Source: Octopus sinensis
Taxonomy: Eukaryota
Assembly: GCF_006345805.1 (NCBI RefSeq)
Contig: NC_043001.1
Location: 61,070,001 to 61,134,000, forward strand
Direction: 5' to 3'
DNA length: 64,000 bases
The notes under the pieces are model-generated. The model worked only from the letters and a program-made list of their open reading frames with translations, had not been told where the DNA came from and did no database searches. Shown one piece after another: positions 13,285 to 27,770 of the stretch (the first letter of the stretch is position 1; each line of letters begins with the position of its first letter). The translations under genes and the position numbers were made by a program.

Positions 13285-13585
13285 TGTGGTGAGTGGCCTT
13301 GTGAGTGGATTTAGTAAACGGAAACTGAAAGAAGCCCTTCGTATATATATGTGTTTATATATTATGTATGTGTGTGTTTGTGTGTCTGTGCTTGACCCCC
13401 CACTAACATCGCTTGACAAGCGATGCTGACGTGTTTACGTCCCCTAACTTAGCGGTTCGGGAAAAAGACCGATAGAATAAGTACTAGGCTTACAAAGAAT
13501 AAGTCCTGGGGTCGATATGCTCGACTAAAGGCGGTGCTCTAGGATGGCCACAGTAAAATGACGGAAACAAGTAAAAGAATGCTTA
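13285..13585 (+). mobile_element. SINE family 1, 5'-truncated
   Basis: gccttgtgagtggatttagtaaacggaaactgaaagaagccc...gatagaataagtactaggcttacaaagaataagtcc matches the 21488 copy. Confidence 0.8.
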
Positions 13586-14759
13586 TTAAAAAATTTAGGA
13601 TACGTATTGAATACTAATAAAATAAATCGATATCTAGTAATAAATACACTTGCACGCTCACAGAGACAAACACATAAATGTCAGCGTAGATACAAAAATG
13701 AGCAAACTTACGAAAAAAATTAGATAAAGTAAATGCTTTGAGAGAATGCGAATAATATACTCGATGAAACAGGTTAAAAATCCCAGAGAAATAAGTGTAT
13801 AATATTCATGTACGAGTTTAGGGATCGATGTGAAAAGAAGAGGCATATCAAATAGTAGATTAATGATAATATATATGGAGCTCTAACCACTAAGATGCAG
13901 TACTTGTCACGCGTCTTACTGTACCCTCAATTATGTATATATAACAGAGGTCTCAAAAGACATTTTAAGATCCATAAAGATCAGAAATTAACTGCAGCTC
14001 TTTGTCGTCCAAATCAGATATGCAATCTGTGTGGATATCTGTTCAATATATTGTCTGATTAAAAAAGTCAAATCAGATGCCATAGTGGTTCTAAGCTGTA
14101 AGTACAAGAGACGATCAAAATCTGAATAAGGAGTAGACAACCACTACCTTGTATATATGTATATACACATATATATATATTCAAAAATTAAAAGAAAATG
14201 GAGATTTACCATTGACATATTTTGAATATAATTTATTAACATAATATCATATTATACTAAATATAATATAATGTAATACGAACAGAAATAAGAATATAAA
14301 CTCCCAAAATTTTTTCGATTCATACATAGTAATGAACTTATAAAAAAATTCAAGATTATTGGTATGAATCTCATATCTGACAAAATCACATGTAAGGATT
14401 GTTAAATCCTAAGAATAGACAGCATTAAATACGTTTGTCAGCGTGAGCCCCAATAATTTGAAAATATGATAAAAGTTATAATAAAAAGTAAGAATAAAAA
14501 ATTGAAATAACTAGTATAACAGTCACAAATATCCTTGTGCGCTTTTAATAATACTAATTTTAAAATGTTTCTGCCCATTATTTTTTATATATATAAAGTC
14601 TAAATAATATGCTAAGAGTTTATGACAGAGCAGGAAATGTTTTCTTTTATTTTTCTTACTATTAGAAAGTAATATTTTTTATTCAGACAAAATATTAAGA
14701 AAAATTCGTTGATCTCACAAAAAGCAACGCGCCATTAATGATGGCGGAATTGCAAAAAC

Positions 14760-14880
<121 letters not shown>

Positions 14881-14974
14881 CTTTATCTTCACTAGACCAA
14901 TACTGAATAATATTATAAATTACACTATATTCAATATTTATAATCATCTATAGTTAATTTGCAATCATAATTAG

Positions 14975-16055
14975 AATTACGCAGTATCACCCGGTGTTGC
15001 TTGGATTTGTTTCGACTCTTTAGAATTGGCATTTTTGAAAAGTAAAAATTTCGCATTATACAACTTGTTATCCTCGTCACGTGAACATTTTTCTAGTGGA
15101 AATACACTGAAAAATGGTGACACAGCAATCAAAAATCGTAAAAAATAGGGATTTTCATAGAAAAAAAGCACCTTTTTGATGTAAATAGTTTTTGGTGTTA
15201 ACATGGTCCGATTTGAATTTTATCTCCTACAGAATAAAGAGCATGCCTTCTTCTATCATATTCTCAATTTTCGTCAACTTGCGCTGCAGGGTCTCGAAGG
15301 ATATAGTGTTAGTTGAAGGCTACCAAACCTGCCACACACAGACAACTTCAGCTTTATATATATATATTTGCTACACACTACTTTCCATCCTTAATAATGA
15401 AACTTGGTAGATCCAAAAGTTAAACACACAGATACACAAGTTGAGTTTTATATATATAGATTTCTCAACGGGGATTTCAGGGGAGAGTTTCAGGGAATCG
15501 CTGGCGATGTGTCGTGATGATCAAAAATCCGGCCTGCTAAAATTTGGTTAAAGTGATTCAAACTTCAGACTCAACGCAAAATGGTCACATTTAATTCAAA
15601 GCGTTAAAATGTTGTGAAAACAATTGGTATTTGTTCACAAAGTCCAAACGATTAATACGAAAAAGCCCTCTAGGCTACATCCCGAAAATTCAATTCTTTG
15701 CCGAATTTCTACAATGTTTACGGCCATTCGTTTTTATATCTTGATTTTTTTAATTCTTCATGCAATTTACGCATGCTTGCGCGCGTGTTGAACGTATTTC
15801 ACGTCAAACAGCTGACTGAGTAAAGTTCACTATTCAATGCATGGGATAAGGCCTAAACAAACACATTATCGATTTTTGCACTTGTAAGATGAATTTCGGA
15901 ACAGAAATAGCGCAGTTCAATTTTCATTCCCCTAAACTTTAAGTGACCCATTTTTGGTGGTTCTATGATTTGTTGGCTAGGAGGGGATGTGCCGGGAAGT
16001 TAAACACACAGATACACACACACAGATGCACAAGTTGTGCTTTATGAATATAGAT
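14975..16055 (-). mobile_element. Stacked non-autonomous Helitron-like repeats
   Basis: Three related minus-strand heads of the form (a)tctatatatataaa(g/a)c..aa(c/g)ttgt..gtgtg start near 16055, 15460 and 15365. A GC-rich end, gcaacaccgggtgatactgc, lies near 14980-15000. No intact CTAG end is visible. Confidence 0.35.
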
Positions 16056-16307
16056 ACATATACATATATATATATATATACATATAAATATATAAATGTA
16101 TAAATTAATCATATATTTTTATTATTTGATTTCTTATCAATTTATTTATGTAATGATTTATATTTCTTAATTAAGTAACTATCTATTATGCAACATGTAT
16201 ATGAATTCAACTATATATATAGAGATATACACACAAGTGCATATATATACACATGCACATCTACACAAAAATACACATATACACATACGCATATAGACAT
16301 AAATCTA

Positions 16308-17449
16308 CAGAGGGTTGACAAAATAATGGAAATACCTAGCGTCGTAGCATCATCATTTTGAAATATCTATAAAACCGTCAAAAGCTTGTTTATTTTTATG
16401 TTGTTTTTTATGGTCAGTAGTGCTTAATATGTTTGCTAAAATTGCTGTTTCCTTTCAGATATCATCAGAAAAAGGTAATTAAAATTCATTAACATGACAG
16501 ATCTATCGAACTTTCAATTGTTGGTACTCGTATGGCAGGCGCCAGCGTAACGAAAACAGCCGAAACGTTTGGTGTGTCAAGAAGTACTGTTTTGAAAGTC
16601 GGACTCTTACGCGAATTGTTAGAACTGATTACAAAAGTACAAATCCCAAAATTACTGCAGATCTTCATGACCAACTAGTGAACACAGTTTCCACAAAAAC
16701 TGTTCGCTGGGAGTTTCACAAAGCCGGATTTCATGGGAGGGCTGCAATAAGAAAACCACTACTTTCAAAAATAAACGTTGCAAGGCGTTTAGAGTGGAGT
16801 AAAAACCTACAGAATTGATCCCTAAAGCAGTGGAAGAATGTTATCTTCTCGGGCGAGTCATCCTTTACCTTATTTCCTACCAACGACCGAGTATACGTGT
16901 GGAGACAGACAAAAGAAGCGTTTGACCAAGGCTGCATTCTTCTAACTGTTAAATATGCGGGAGAAGCTGTGATGATCGGGGGGGGGGCTCTAACTTGGAA
17001 ATCCGACGGCCCAATGATTTCCCTTCATGGCAGAATTAATTGTCAAGACTATTTAACCATTTTATCTGATATCAAATACATCCTATGTTTGCGGAACTGT
17101 CAGGATGATAATGCACCAATTCACACAGCTAAAGTTGTTACTGAATGGCACGAGGGACATTCTAGTGAAGTTGAACAGCATATCTGGCCACTACAGTCCA
17201 TAGATCTCAATATTATTGAAGTTATGGTGCGTTTTAGAAAATGAAGTAATGAATCGATACCCTCAGCATTATCACTACAATAACTGGAGACTATTTTAGC
17301 TGACGAATGGATAAAAATTCCTTAGGAAACAATTCAAACTTCATAGGAGTCCATTTAGGCTGTAATTACTGCCAAAGGCGGTCCTACTCCAAAGTAAAAT
17401 AAATTTGTTTGAAATTTGAAAGTGTTTTCATTATTTTGTTCAACACCTG
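16308..17449 (+). mobile_element. Tc1-like DNA transposon, degenerate, full length (~1.14 kb)
   Basis: TIRs cagagggttgacaaaataatggaaa / ttttcattattttgttcaacacctg flanked by TA on both sides. Transposase motifs VIFSGESSF, QDDNAPIH and WPLQSIDLNIIE (DD34E-like). Confidence 0.9.
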
Positions 17450-17493
17450 TAAATAAACATATATACATAGATATACACATACATATACATATA

Positions 17494-17608
<115 letters not shown>

Positions 17609-17700
17609 AATGATTGATCTGAAACCGGGTACTGAAAAAATTGCAGCGAGGAAGCTGTTTGTAAGCCATTCAAGAACACACATAAGCCGTTCGTTTTCAC

Positions 17701-17889
17701 GGCACTACTTAAATACAGAGCTACCGATGCGTCTACATAATGATATGAAGGGGGGTGGTTAATTTTTAGGGTTAGGATTAGTTTTAGGGTTTGGGCTAAG
17801 ATGTCTTTATACATCCACACAATGTACATTTAAAATTCTTTGTACGTAATACCTTTATTTAAGTAGTATTTCTGTATTTAAGTAGTACC
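17701..17889. mobile_element. Short MITE-like element with internal TTAGGG-like repeats
   Basis: TIRs ggcactacttaaatacaga / tctgtatttaagtagtacc. Internal ttagggttaggattagttttagggtttggg. Confidence 0.5.
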
Positions 17890-18107
17890 AGAGGAGCTCT
17901 ATCTACCCTTCATATATATACACGATTCGCCATGGGGTGAGGGGGTAAGTGTATCTCATCAACACCAGTACTCCACGGGCACTTAATTTATCGACCGCTA
18001 AATGATGAAATGCAAAGCCGACCTCTGCAGAATCCGAACCTGCCATTCCGTCGCCTTAGTTTACTAAATAATAATACATGCACACACACACACACACACA
18101 CACACAC

Positions 18108-18205
<98 letters not shown>

Positions 18206-18279
18206 TTACCCACATATAGATATGTATACAAGTGACAGTTGCATCCTCGTTACACGAGAAAAGACATTGCCAAGAAGAT

Positions 18280-18720
18280 AGTTTCCATGTGATGCCCTTA
18301 TATGTCTTTTAAGCCCGGTCAAGGTTTTACACATTTTATTACATACTAGACAACTGTGCTGGCTGACAGGAGCAAAGGTTCCACCATATGCATTCTCTTA
18401 ACATGTATGTTTAGCCTTCCAGCTGAGAAGCACCCCCGTCCACATTTTACACACGTTCTGTTATGAACTTTCAATATGAACTTTTATTGTTTAGATGTGC
18501 CTTTTAAAGCTTCGGCCAACCATGTGCATACAAGATGTTCATTTATTTTCTCTCTCCAGCAATACCTGTGCTTGACACTTTTTAAAGTGAGGAAAAGTTT
18601 TGCACAGCAACCATTCCCACTCTCTAAACTACAAAGCATGATCCAAAAAGAAAAGCCAGCTGACATCATTGGGTGCATTTGCAGTCGCAGGTTTTATATC
18701 AGAGTGTCCTTCTCCTAGTC
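18280..18720 (-). mobile_element. Degenerate LINE 3' end (RTE-like) with C2H2 zinc fingers
   Basis: Minus strand encodes CVKCGRGCFSAGRLNIHVKRMH and CLVCNKMCKTLTGLKRHIRASH, without TGEKP linkers and with stops nearby. Confidence 0.45.
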
Positions 18721-19064
18721 TTTTCCCAACTAAAGGCTAACTACAAGACAGCAGTGAAGTATTTAAATTCAGAGTTAATTTCTCTTAGATAGACTGCCTC
18801 CGCCATGGCTTGGGTAAACAGAGGAGCTCTATCGATCGCTCATCTATTTATGAAATAATATTAAAATAAGAGAAATAAATACAAATAAAAAAAAATTTAA
18901 TTGTATATAATGTATATCAATATTTTAAAATTTACTCAGTTTTTATCCCATGTATACAGATACATACATACATACATATATATAGATACACATACATATT
19001 TATACGTAGAAATATAGACACACCCATACACACCCATAAACACACACACTCACACACACACTCT

Positions 19065-19875
<811 letters not shown>

Positions 19876-20029
19876 TAAATTCCTCTATTTACATAATATC
19901 GAGGTTTCTTTCTTTCTTTTGTTGTCTTACCATTTTTATCAATATATGTATAATTGCAGCGTGGAAGGTGTTTATAAGCCATTTAAAAAACACACAAAAC
20001 CGTTAGATTCACTTCAACGTTTAAAGATC

Positions 20030-21090
20030 GACTCTCCATGAAGAAGAGGTGATGACTGCCATACAACACATACCTGACTCTATTCATAGCAGTATAAAAG
20101 TTACCGTGGACTACCCCTCTAAACACCCCAGTAATAGATTACCTGTCCTAGATACTGAGCTGTGGATGGAAAATACTATTGTTAACGGAACTGTTAAACC
20201 CTGTATACTCCACTCACACTATTGTAAACCTATAGCTAATCCACTGGTAATTCATAGTGACTCAGCGATGTTGAGTACTGCCAAGCTCAACATCCTGGTG
20301 GCAAACTTAGTTAGAGTAATGAGGAATGTATCTCCACTATGCCAACCACAAGAACGACAACAACACATCCAGCACTTCATATTCCGAATGCAACGCTCCG
20401 GATACACACAATATGACAGAATCAGAGTGTACAAAGGAGCGAAAACAAGATTCCAACGCATTCTAAGTAATGACGAAAACGGTACATGCCCCCTATACCG
20501 CAACAAATTCTGGAATAGGTTAGAGAGAGACATCAACAAGAGAAATAAAACCAATACTTGGTATGATAACAAAAAATTTCACTGTGTAATGTTTGTTGAC
20601 GCCACACCTAAGAAAGAATTGTGTAAGGCATTCAAGAAAATTCTGCACAAAACTGGCCTTAAGATCAAGGTTGTAGAAAAGACAGATAGGGCTATGAAAT
20701 CTGTATTGTGTAGTGTGCGGTATGTTCTACAAACCCACATGTGAACTGCAAAACCAAGAGCACTGTACACCAAATTAAATGCGAAGAAGGAGCTTGCGCG
20801 ACTAACCCAGAGTCATACATAGGTGAGACTTCTAGGAATATCAATGATAGGTTCGAAGAACACCTGGACAACTACATTGAAAAGAAACAAAACTCCATCT
20901 TCTATCAGCATGCTGTAGACTGCCACAAGGGCTCCTCAGGGAGATTTAAATTAAACATCTTATCTACACATCCCACTGATACAATGCTGAAACAGGTCAC
21001 TGAAGCTGTTTGTATACAGGAATACAAACCGAAAATCCGAATGTTGTAACATTTAGATTCCATTCGGGAGTGCCATTCTATAACCACCCC
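20030..21090 (+). mobile_element. Penelope-like element 3' part (RT C-terminus and GIY-YIG)
   Basis: ORFs 20049..20744 (LPVLDTELW...HYCKP) and 20741..21049 (CKTKSTVHQIKC...YIGETSRNINDRFEEH...EAVCIQ). Confidence 0.85.
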
Positions 21091-21310
21091 TCACTCTCTC
21101 TCTCATTTACACATAATAATCCATGCATACATATTGAAATGCTTGGTACTAAAATACATATATGCAGTTAAATATAACCGTACGAGCGTACATTGTTTGA
21201 CATGTATGTACGAATGTGTAGATGTATATGTGTGTATACGTGTGTGTATGTGTTGTGTGTTGTGTATGTTAGTGTATAAGTATGTACATACATGCACTTA
21301 TGAGTATATG

Positions 21311-21354
<44 letters not shown>

Positions 21355-21487
21355 CATGTAAAAAATTTAAAAAGAGGATAAATAGAATAAAATAAAGCAA
21401 GTTTGAATTTTAACCGTTGTCCCAGAATAGAGTGTCGTATATATGTATATAGGTGTGTGTGTGTGTATGTATAAATATATATATATA

Positions 21488-21907
21488 GGCGCAGGAGTGG
21501 CTGTGTGGTAAGTAGCTTGCTTACCAACCACATAGTTCTGGGTTCAGTCCCACTGCGTGGAACCTTGGGCAAGTGTCTACTACTATAGCCTCGGGCCGAC
21601 CAAAGCCTTGTGAGTGGAATTGGTAGACGGAAACTGAAAGAAGCCCGTCGTATATATGTATAATGTAAAGAGTATATATATGTATGTGCGTGTGTGTTTG
21701 TGTGTCTGTGTTTGTTTCCCTAGCATTGCTTGACAACCGATGTTGGTGTGTTTATGTCCCCGTCACCTAGCAGTTCGGCAAAAGAGAACCGATAGAATAA
21801 GTACTGGGCTTACAAAGAATAAGTCCCGGGGTCGATTTGATCGACTAAAGGCGGTGCTACAGCATGGCCGCAGTCAAATGACTGAAATAAGTAAAAGAGT
21901 AAAAGAG
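21488..21907 (+). mobile_element. SINE family 1, full length, tRNA-derived head
   Basis: A-box-like tggctgtgtggt and B-box-like gggttcagtccc, internal (TA/TG)n, tail aagtaaaagagtaaaagag. Multiple copies in the window. Confidence 0.9.
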
Positions 21908-22989
21908 TATATGTATGTATGTGTGTATATGTGCGTATGTGTGTATGTATGTATGTATGTAGAGATGGATGAGCGTAAATGTGTCTATACTTTATGATTA
22001 TACTTATGTTTGTGAGTATGTGTGTCTATATGATTGTGTATACTTGTATATGTGTATAAGGTTATATATGTATATATGTATCTAAGACGTTGTATCCATT
22101 CACCGTTAGACGGTGGTGAGAGAGAGATAAACGCACAAACGCACACACACATATATATGTGTGCGTGTGTGTCTATATAAATGTATATGTGTGTATACAT
22201 ATATACAACCTTCAACAAGGTAACAGTCATGTATAGAAATTGAACTGACACATATTACATAAACATACGTTCACATATACATACACATGTACAAACACAC
22301 ATACACGTCTACACACTCACATGCATGCATACATATATACATACATACATACATACATACATACATACACACACACATACATACGTACATATATATCATG
22401 AACTAACAGTTACTTTCTCAGATGCAGCACGAAGCTTTGTCAGTGAACGGGTCGCGGTCTATATATATATATATAGGGCTAAAAACCACTATGTGGACAG
22501 CCATATGCTAGAAATAGATCACATACGATCAAACTACAAAGAAAGAATGTTCTCTAGAGTAAATTTCAGCGGACACCTGAACAATAGGCGGGCAAGGCAG
22601 ATGAAAATTATATAAAAATCAAGAATTTATCATATACCGGTTTCGTCTATTAAAGATTTTACAGATTTTTATATGCTAGGCTACTGGTTTTAAATTAATA
22701 TTAATTAAATTAATATTCAATTTATCTCCCTCATTATTTAAATATATATATATATACATATATAAATTTTAAACAATACATGATATAAAATACATAACCT
22801 ACAATATAATTTCTAGTGTCAATATTTGCGTTTCTATTCATATTATATTTATTGTAATACGTTATTATATTTATTACATTATAATATTATTGTAATACAT
22901 TATTATATTTATTGTATTATAATATTATGTTAATAAATTATTATATTTATTGCAATATAATATTATGCTAATAAATAATTATCATTTAA

Positions 22990-23430
22990 TAAAGACTGAC
23001 CGTTATGTAAACCTCCTCGGGGAATGTGAAGACCCATGTTGGAAAGCGGAGCTTTTTCCAATCGAAGTTGGATGTACAGCGTTTGTTGGACACAGTGTGA
23101 GACGACTGTTGTTTTCGTTAGGCCTAACTCATCGTAAAGTCAATACCACCATGGCCGATATCGAAACTACAGTGGAGAAAGCTAGCCACTGGATTTGGTT
23201 AAAAAGGGACGATGAGCAATGGCTAGAAGAATATTGAGCTTTATTTGATAACCAGTTGATCTAGCAAGCGGGGCCTCATATCAGTGAGGTGGCCGGTGCG
23301 CATTGATGCCGTAGACAGGTAGGCCCCGAAATGGCGCACAATCTCTCCTGATGACCCCATACAATTGCTGGCTTCTAGTATGCGGAGTTTTTGACTGGTA
23401 GCACTTGCATGTGCAAGTTGTTTGCAAGAC
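22990..23430 (+). mobile_element. 3' end of a Hero/NeSL-type REL non-LTR retrotransposon
   Basis: YVNLLGECEDPCWKAELFPIEVGCTAFVGHSVRRLL...EKASHWIWLKR matches the PIEVG..GF..S..WIW.KR C-terminus typical of this group. It is followed by a GC-richer 3' UTR. Confidence 0.6.
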
Positions 23431-23574
23431 ATCTATGTTAATGAATTACTATAGTTATTGTAATAAAATTTAATGCTAATAAATCATTATATTTATTGTA
23501 ATATAATATTATGTTAATAAATTATATTTAAAATATATCTAGCGTAAATATCCATTTTCTTTTAAAGTTTTGTA

Positions 23575-24195
23575 TATTCTTTTCTACTCTAGGCACAAGG
23601 CTCGAAATTTTGAAGGAGAGGTCAGTTGTTTAGACCGACCCCAGTACATAACTGGTACTTAATTTATCGACCCCGAAAGGATGAAAGGCAAAGTGAGCTC
23701 GGCGGAATTTGAACTTGGGACTAAAAACAGATGAAATAACACAAAGCATTTCGCCCGGCGTGCTAACGTTTCTGCCAGCTCACCACATTTTAATTTTTTT
23801 ATATTCTTTTCTACTCTAGGCAGAAGACCCGAAATTTTGTGGGCGAGGGCAGTCGATTAGATCGACCCCAGTATGCGACTGGTACTTAATTTATCGACCC
23901 CGAAAGGTTGAAAGGTAAAGTCGAGTTTTGAATTCAGCACGTAAAGACAGACGAAATACCTATTTCTTCACTACCCATAAGAGGCTAAAGACAGAGAGGA
24001 CAAACAAGGACAGACAAACGGATTAAGTTGAATATATTGACCCCAGTGCGTAACTGGTACTTATTTAATCGACCCCTGAATGATGAAAGGCAAAGTCGAC
24101 CTAGGCTGAATTTGAACTCAGAATGTAGTGGCAGGTGAAATACCGCTAAGCATTTCGCTCGGCGTCTTAAATTTTCTGCCATCTCACCGCCTTTT
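23575..24195 (-). mobile_element. Three adjacent copies of SINE family 2
   Basis: Repeated actggtacttaatttatcgaccccgaaaggatgaaaggcaaagt core at about 23650, 23880 and 24055. Minus-strand tRNA-like head with gagttcaaattc B-box. Confidence 0.85.
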
Positions 24196-25689
24196 AATTT
24201 TTGTATATTGAATATACACTCTTTTGAGTTGTGAAAAGTTTTTCTCTGACATATTAGGTATTTACAGAAAATACAGTGGTTAATTGCATGTTTATCCATC
24301 CCTATAAATATATGTGTGTGTCTGCGCGCGTGTGTGTATGCATGTAGGCATAAAGTGTTTGAAATGGTGTACAGACTGTATATTAAAAAAAAAACGAAGC
24401 AGTCAAATTTATTGTATAATTCTTTATTGGAGCTTTCGTTCGTTTAACAGAACTCTCCAAGACAAAAGTTAAAAAAACTAGAATAATATAAACAGAACGA
24501 TTCCTATTTTTATATGTGAATCAGATGCTTTTGTCTTGTTTAGAAGAGGAGATTGCTTTTTTGTTTTTCGGAGAAAGGGAGAAAAAAAAGAAAGATAGGG
24601 AACAGGACAATCAAGAAAGAAAACCAAAATGGAAAAATGGACAGAGAGTGAGGGTTTTTTGCAGAAGGCGAGAACATTTCCTTTTTGAAGAAAAAAAGAA
24701 AGAGGGAGAGATAGAGAGTAGGACTATCGAGAAAGAGGAAGAAAAGCAAAAAGAGAGAGAGGTTTCTTCTCAATTTGGTGTGGCCAACCTATTAAGATTT
24801 ATTTACAAATCATATTTTTCTTTTTATTCCTCCTTTTTTCCTTTCTCATTGTATATTCATCAACCTATTTGAAGCATACACATTTTCTCATAGTTAGAGG
24901 TAGTGGCTAAATGACCTTCCAAGATGTCAATTTTAGGAAGTAGGAAGGGATAAAAGAGGAAAAAGAAAAAAATGTATCAAAAAAAGGGGGGTTCAAAGTC
25001 CAAGAAAAATGACTGTAGAGTCAAATCCCATATTCTGTGTAATTCCATGTTCTACACAAACACTAAATATTAGTACGACATCGATAAATTAGGAAACTAA
25101 AGTCAGAATATAATAATAATTTGACTACAGTACTGTTTATAATTCAATCTATTACCTATGTACATTTAATTAAGCATCATGTATGAGTTGTGTAATAAAA
25201 TGTACATTGTATATTTAGCTGGAAACCACTCTGTCAGATATAGATTATATAACAAAGCAGGATCTACTTAGATATATTTTTCAGTATCATTCATCAAATG
25301 GAATATATTTTTCTTGATTGCTTCGATAAGATAATACAAAAGCAATATATTTAGATGTATTACTTTACCAAGTTGCTGTATTAGATATTCTTCTTAATCA
25401 GTGGTAAAATGGCTCTAGTATTTTTTCCGGGTATATGTAAGTATTGTGAGTCTATAAGATCAACAGTTGCTACAATCCTAATGTTACACATATATCTGAC
25501 CATTCATTTTGTTAGCATAAATAGAGATGAGTATCACATTATTAACATGGGAACTACATCCAGAAACAATAGTAACAGTGTAATATATATGTTTTCTCTT
25601 CATCCATCAGCATTACTATTAATAAAATAAAATAAAATAAAATGTCCATGAAGAAGCTCTCCTGACAAACACCAAAACCATCTAGCATA

Positions 25690-26589
25690 CTTGGTATGAT
25701 CAATAAGTATACAGACTGTTGCTATAGTAACGAAGCTAAAATATGTGCAGTAAAGCCGCTTGGCACAGATTGGCCTTGCACTTTGCTATGCATGCGCACT
25801 AAGATTTAAAATTCCATCCCACTTCCGCTGTTTACAGCAGTTCTTGGAAGGAACGTGTGTAGCATGTGATCGTCGCATTGACCGTGACATAGAAAGCTGA
25901 GCTGAGAATCTGCATAACCTTTTGCCAAAAGCTTGACGATACCTGCTCAGAGGCTTATGCAACGTTGCAGAAAGTCTTTTGATAGGGGTGTATGAGCCGA
26001 ACATATGTCGATAGTGACTAAGGCTCTAGGAGACCTGCAACCAGCAGATCTGAGAAAAACATTGCAGATGTGCGTGCATCTGTGTGAGAAAATCGTCGTA
26101 TCACCATCCGCTAGTTATCAGAGGATGTGCAGATTAGTTACAGTTCAGTACAATTGATTATCACAGAAGATTTCGGTATGAGACGCGTGCCTGCTAAGCT
26201 TGTGCCAAAACTCTTTTCAGTTGAGTACGCACCTGCTCATTCAGTGTAGCTTCTGCTACAGCTTTTGGCTAGGCACAACATTCCCCAGGTACGGCCACCA
26301 CCACATTCCCCAGATCTCATCCCTTGCGACTTTTTCCGTTTTCCAAAACTCAAACCCCGATTGAAAGGAAGAAGATTGCAGGACGTCGAGGAAATCCAAA
26401 TGAATGCAAAGAGACAACTGCTGATTATCCCAGATAACAAGTTCCAGGAATGCGTCCATCAATGGAAACAACACTGGAATAAATATGTGACTTCTGAAGT
26501 AGACTACTTCGAAGGAAATTAAATGCCAAACTGGTACATTCAGTTTTGCTTTTATAAGACCAGTCCGGATAATTATTGATGAGATCTCG
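25690..26589 (+). mobile_element. Internally deleted mariner transposon (~900 bp)
   Basis: Imperfect TIRs (..atcaataagtatacagactg / cagtccggataattattgat..) with TA flanks. N-terminal TCSEAYATLQKVF and MRRVPAKLVPK, C-terminal PPHSPDLIPCDFFRFPKLK. Confidence 0.9.
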
Positions 26590-26829
26590 TACATTGATGT
26601 CACCTTACATGGTTTGTGGATAGTTTTAGACAGCAATACAGCGTTCATTGAAGTATTCACATACTAGCTTTATTTGTCCCAGTCATATTAGATCGACACA
26701 GCGTCTATGTCACCTAGCTATGTAAAGTTCATAATTTGTTTAATTTGAAGGAGTGTTCATACACACAGACATATTGTCTCTGTTTCTCTTTCCAGTTTTT
26801 TTTTTACAAAATGCTGTTCATCTGCGTCT

Positions 26830-27770
26830 CTTTCAAACAATTAATTTTGGAAATTTTTTTGATGAAATGTATCTCTTTTGCCTTTCGGAAATTTGGGTCA
26901 TCTCCTGAACATTTGCAGAAAGGGATTTTGAACTTCCCCGCATATTTGTAGAGCCTTGCTCAGTGGAATATTGCGTAGTTTGTCTTGTCGGATGTGTCGT
27001 CTGTGGATTCTTGCACGTTGGCAAAGGGAATTGTTCGTTTCTCCAATATAATTTTTCCTTGTAACTGGGGAAAGTAATACAGTATATGAGATTCTATGTC
27101 TTGCAATTCATGTCTGCATTTACTGTGAACGAGAATGCACTCTTGAATATTTTGCAGAAATCACTTTCTTAATTTTGAAGCTGTTGTTGTTGTTCCATGT
27201 TCCACATCGACAGTCTCCTCAGTCTTTTACTCAGAATTCTGATTCATTCTCTGCAGTGATTTTTCCCTTTGTGAGCTGATTTTGGGGATTTTTTTTGGTT
27301 GGCTTCTACTGTTTCGTAAGAAGTTTTCATCAGTCATATTTTTTATTTTGCGGTTTTGTAGAATCTTTGTAGAAGTTTGAATCTATGGAGTGAAAAATAA
27401 TGGTTACTCCAGGAATGTGCGTATTGATAAACAGAATCGTGTGTTCATTATTTTTTTCCTTTAGTGTCCTTAGTTGTGTAATGTTCGGCTTCTCTGCCTT
27501 TTTAATTCTATCGTTCATTAATTCTAAGGGGTAATTCCGTTTTGTCAGGAAGGCTTTGAGCTTATTAAATCAGATTTGAGGTATTTCCGGGTCACTTACT
27601 ATAGTACAGATACGACTTAACATACTATACTGGATAATCCTTTTAATGTGTGAAGGATGGCAAGAGTTGAAATGCAAATACTGGTAGGTGTCCTTTTTTT
27701 TCCTTTCTAAAATACGTCTGTTGTTACTATGGAGTTGAGCACTTTTATGTGAATATCCAGGAATGGCAAT
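26830..27770 (-). mobile_element. Penelope-like fragment (third family)
   Basis: ELPFLDIHIKVLNSIVTTDVF and a frameshifted NLIYCITFP...YIGETNNSLCQRARIH GIY-YIG motif. Confidence 0.7.

Noticed and set aside
23325-23360. GAAA ... CTGATGA in the Hero-like 3' UTR as a permuted hammerhead
   Set aside because: The would-be stem II strands (cccc / cccc) are not complementary.
24516-24872. 118-aa Lys/Glu-rich ORF
   Set aside because: Purine-rich low-complexity DNA with no domain motif or supported splice structure.
25409-25445. Plus-strand first exon ATG GCT CTA...ATAT|GTAAGT and coding-like frames at 25140-25620
   Set aside because: No compatible downstream exon was identified, and frames on both strands are interrupted by stops.
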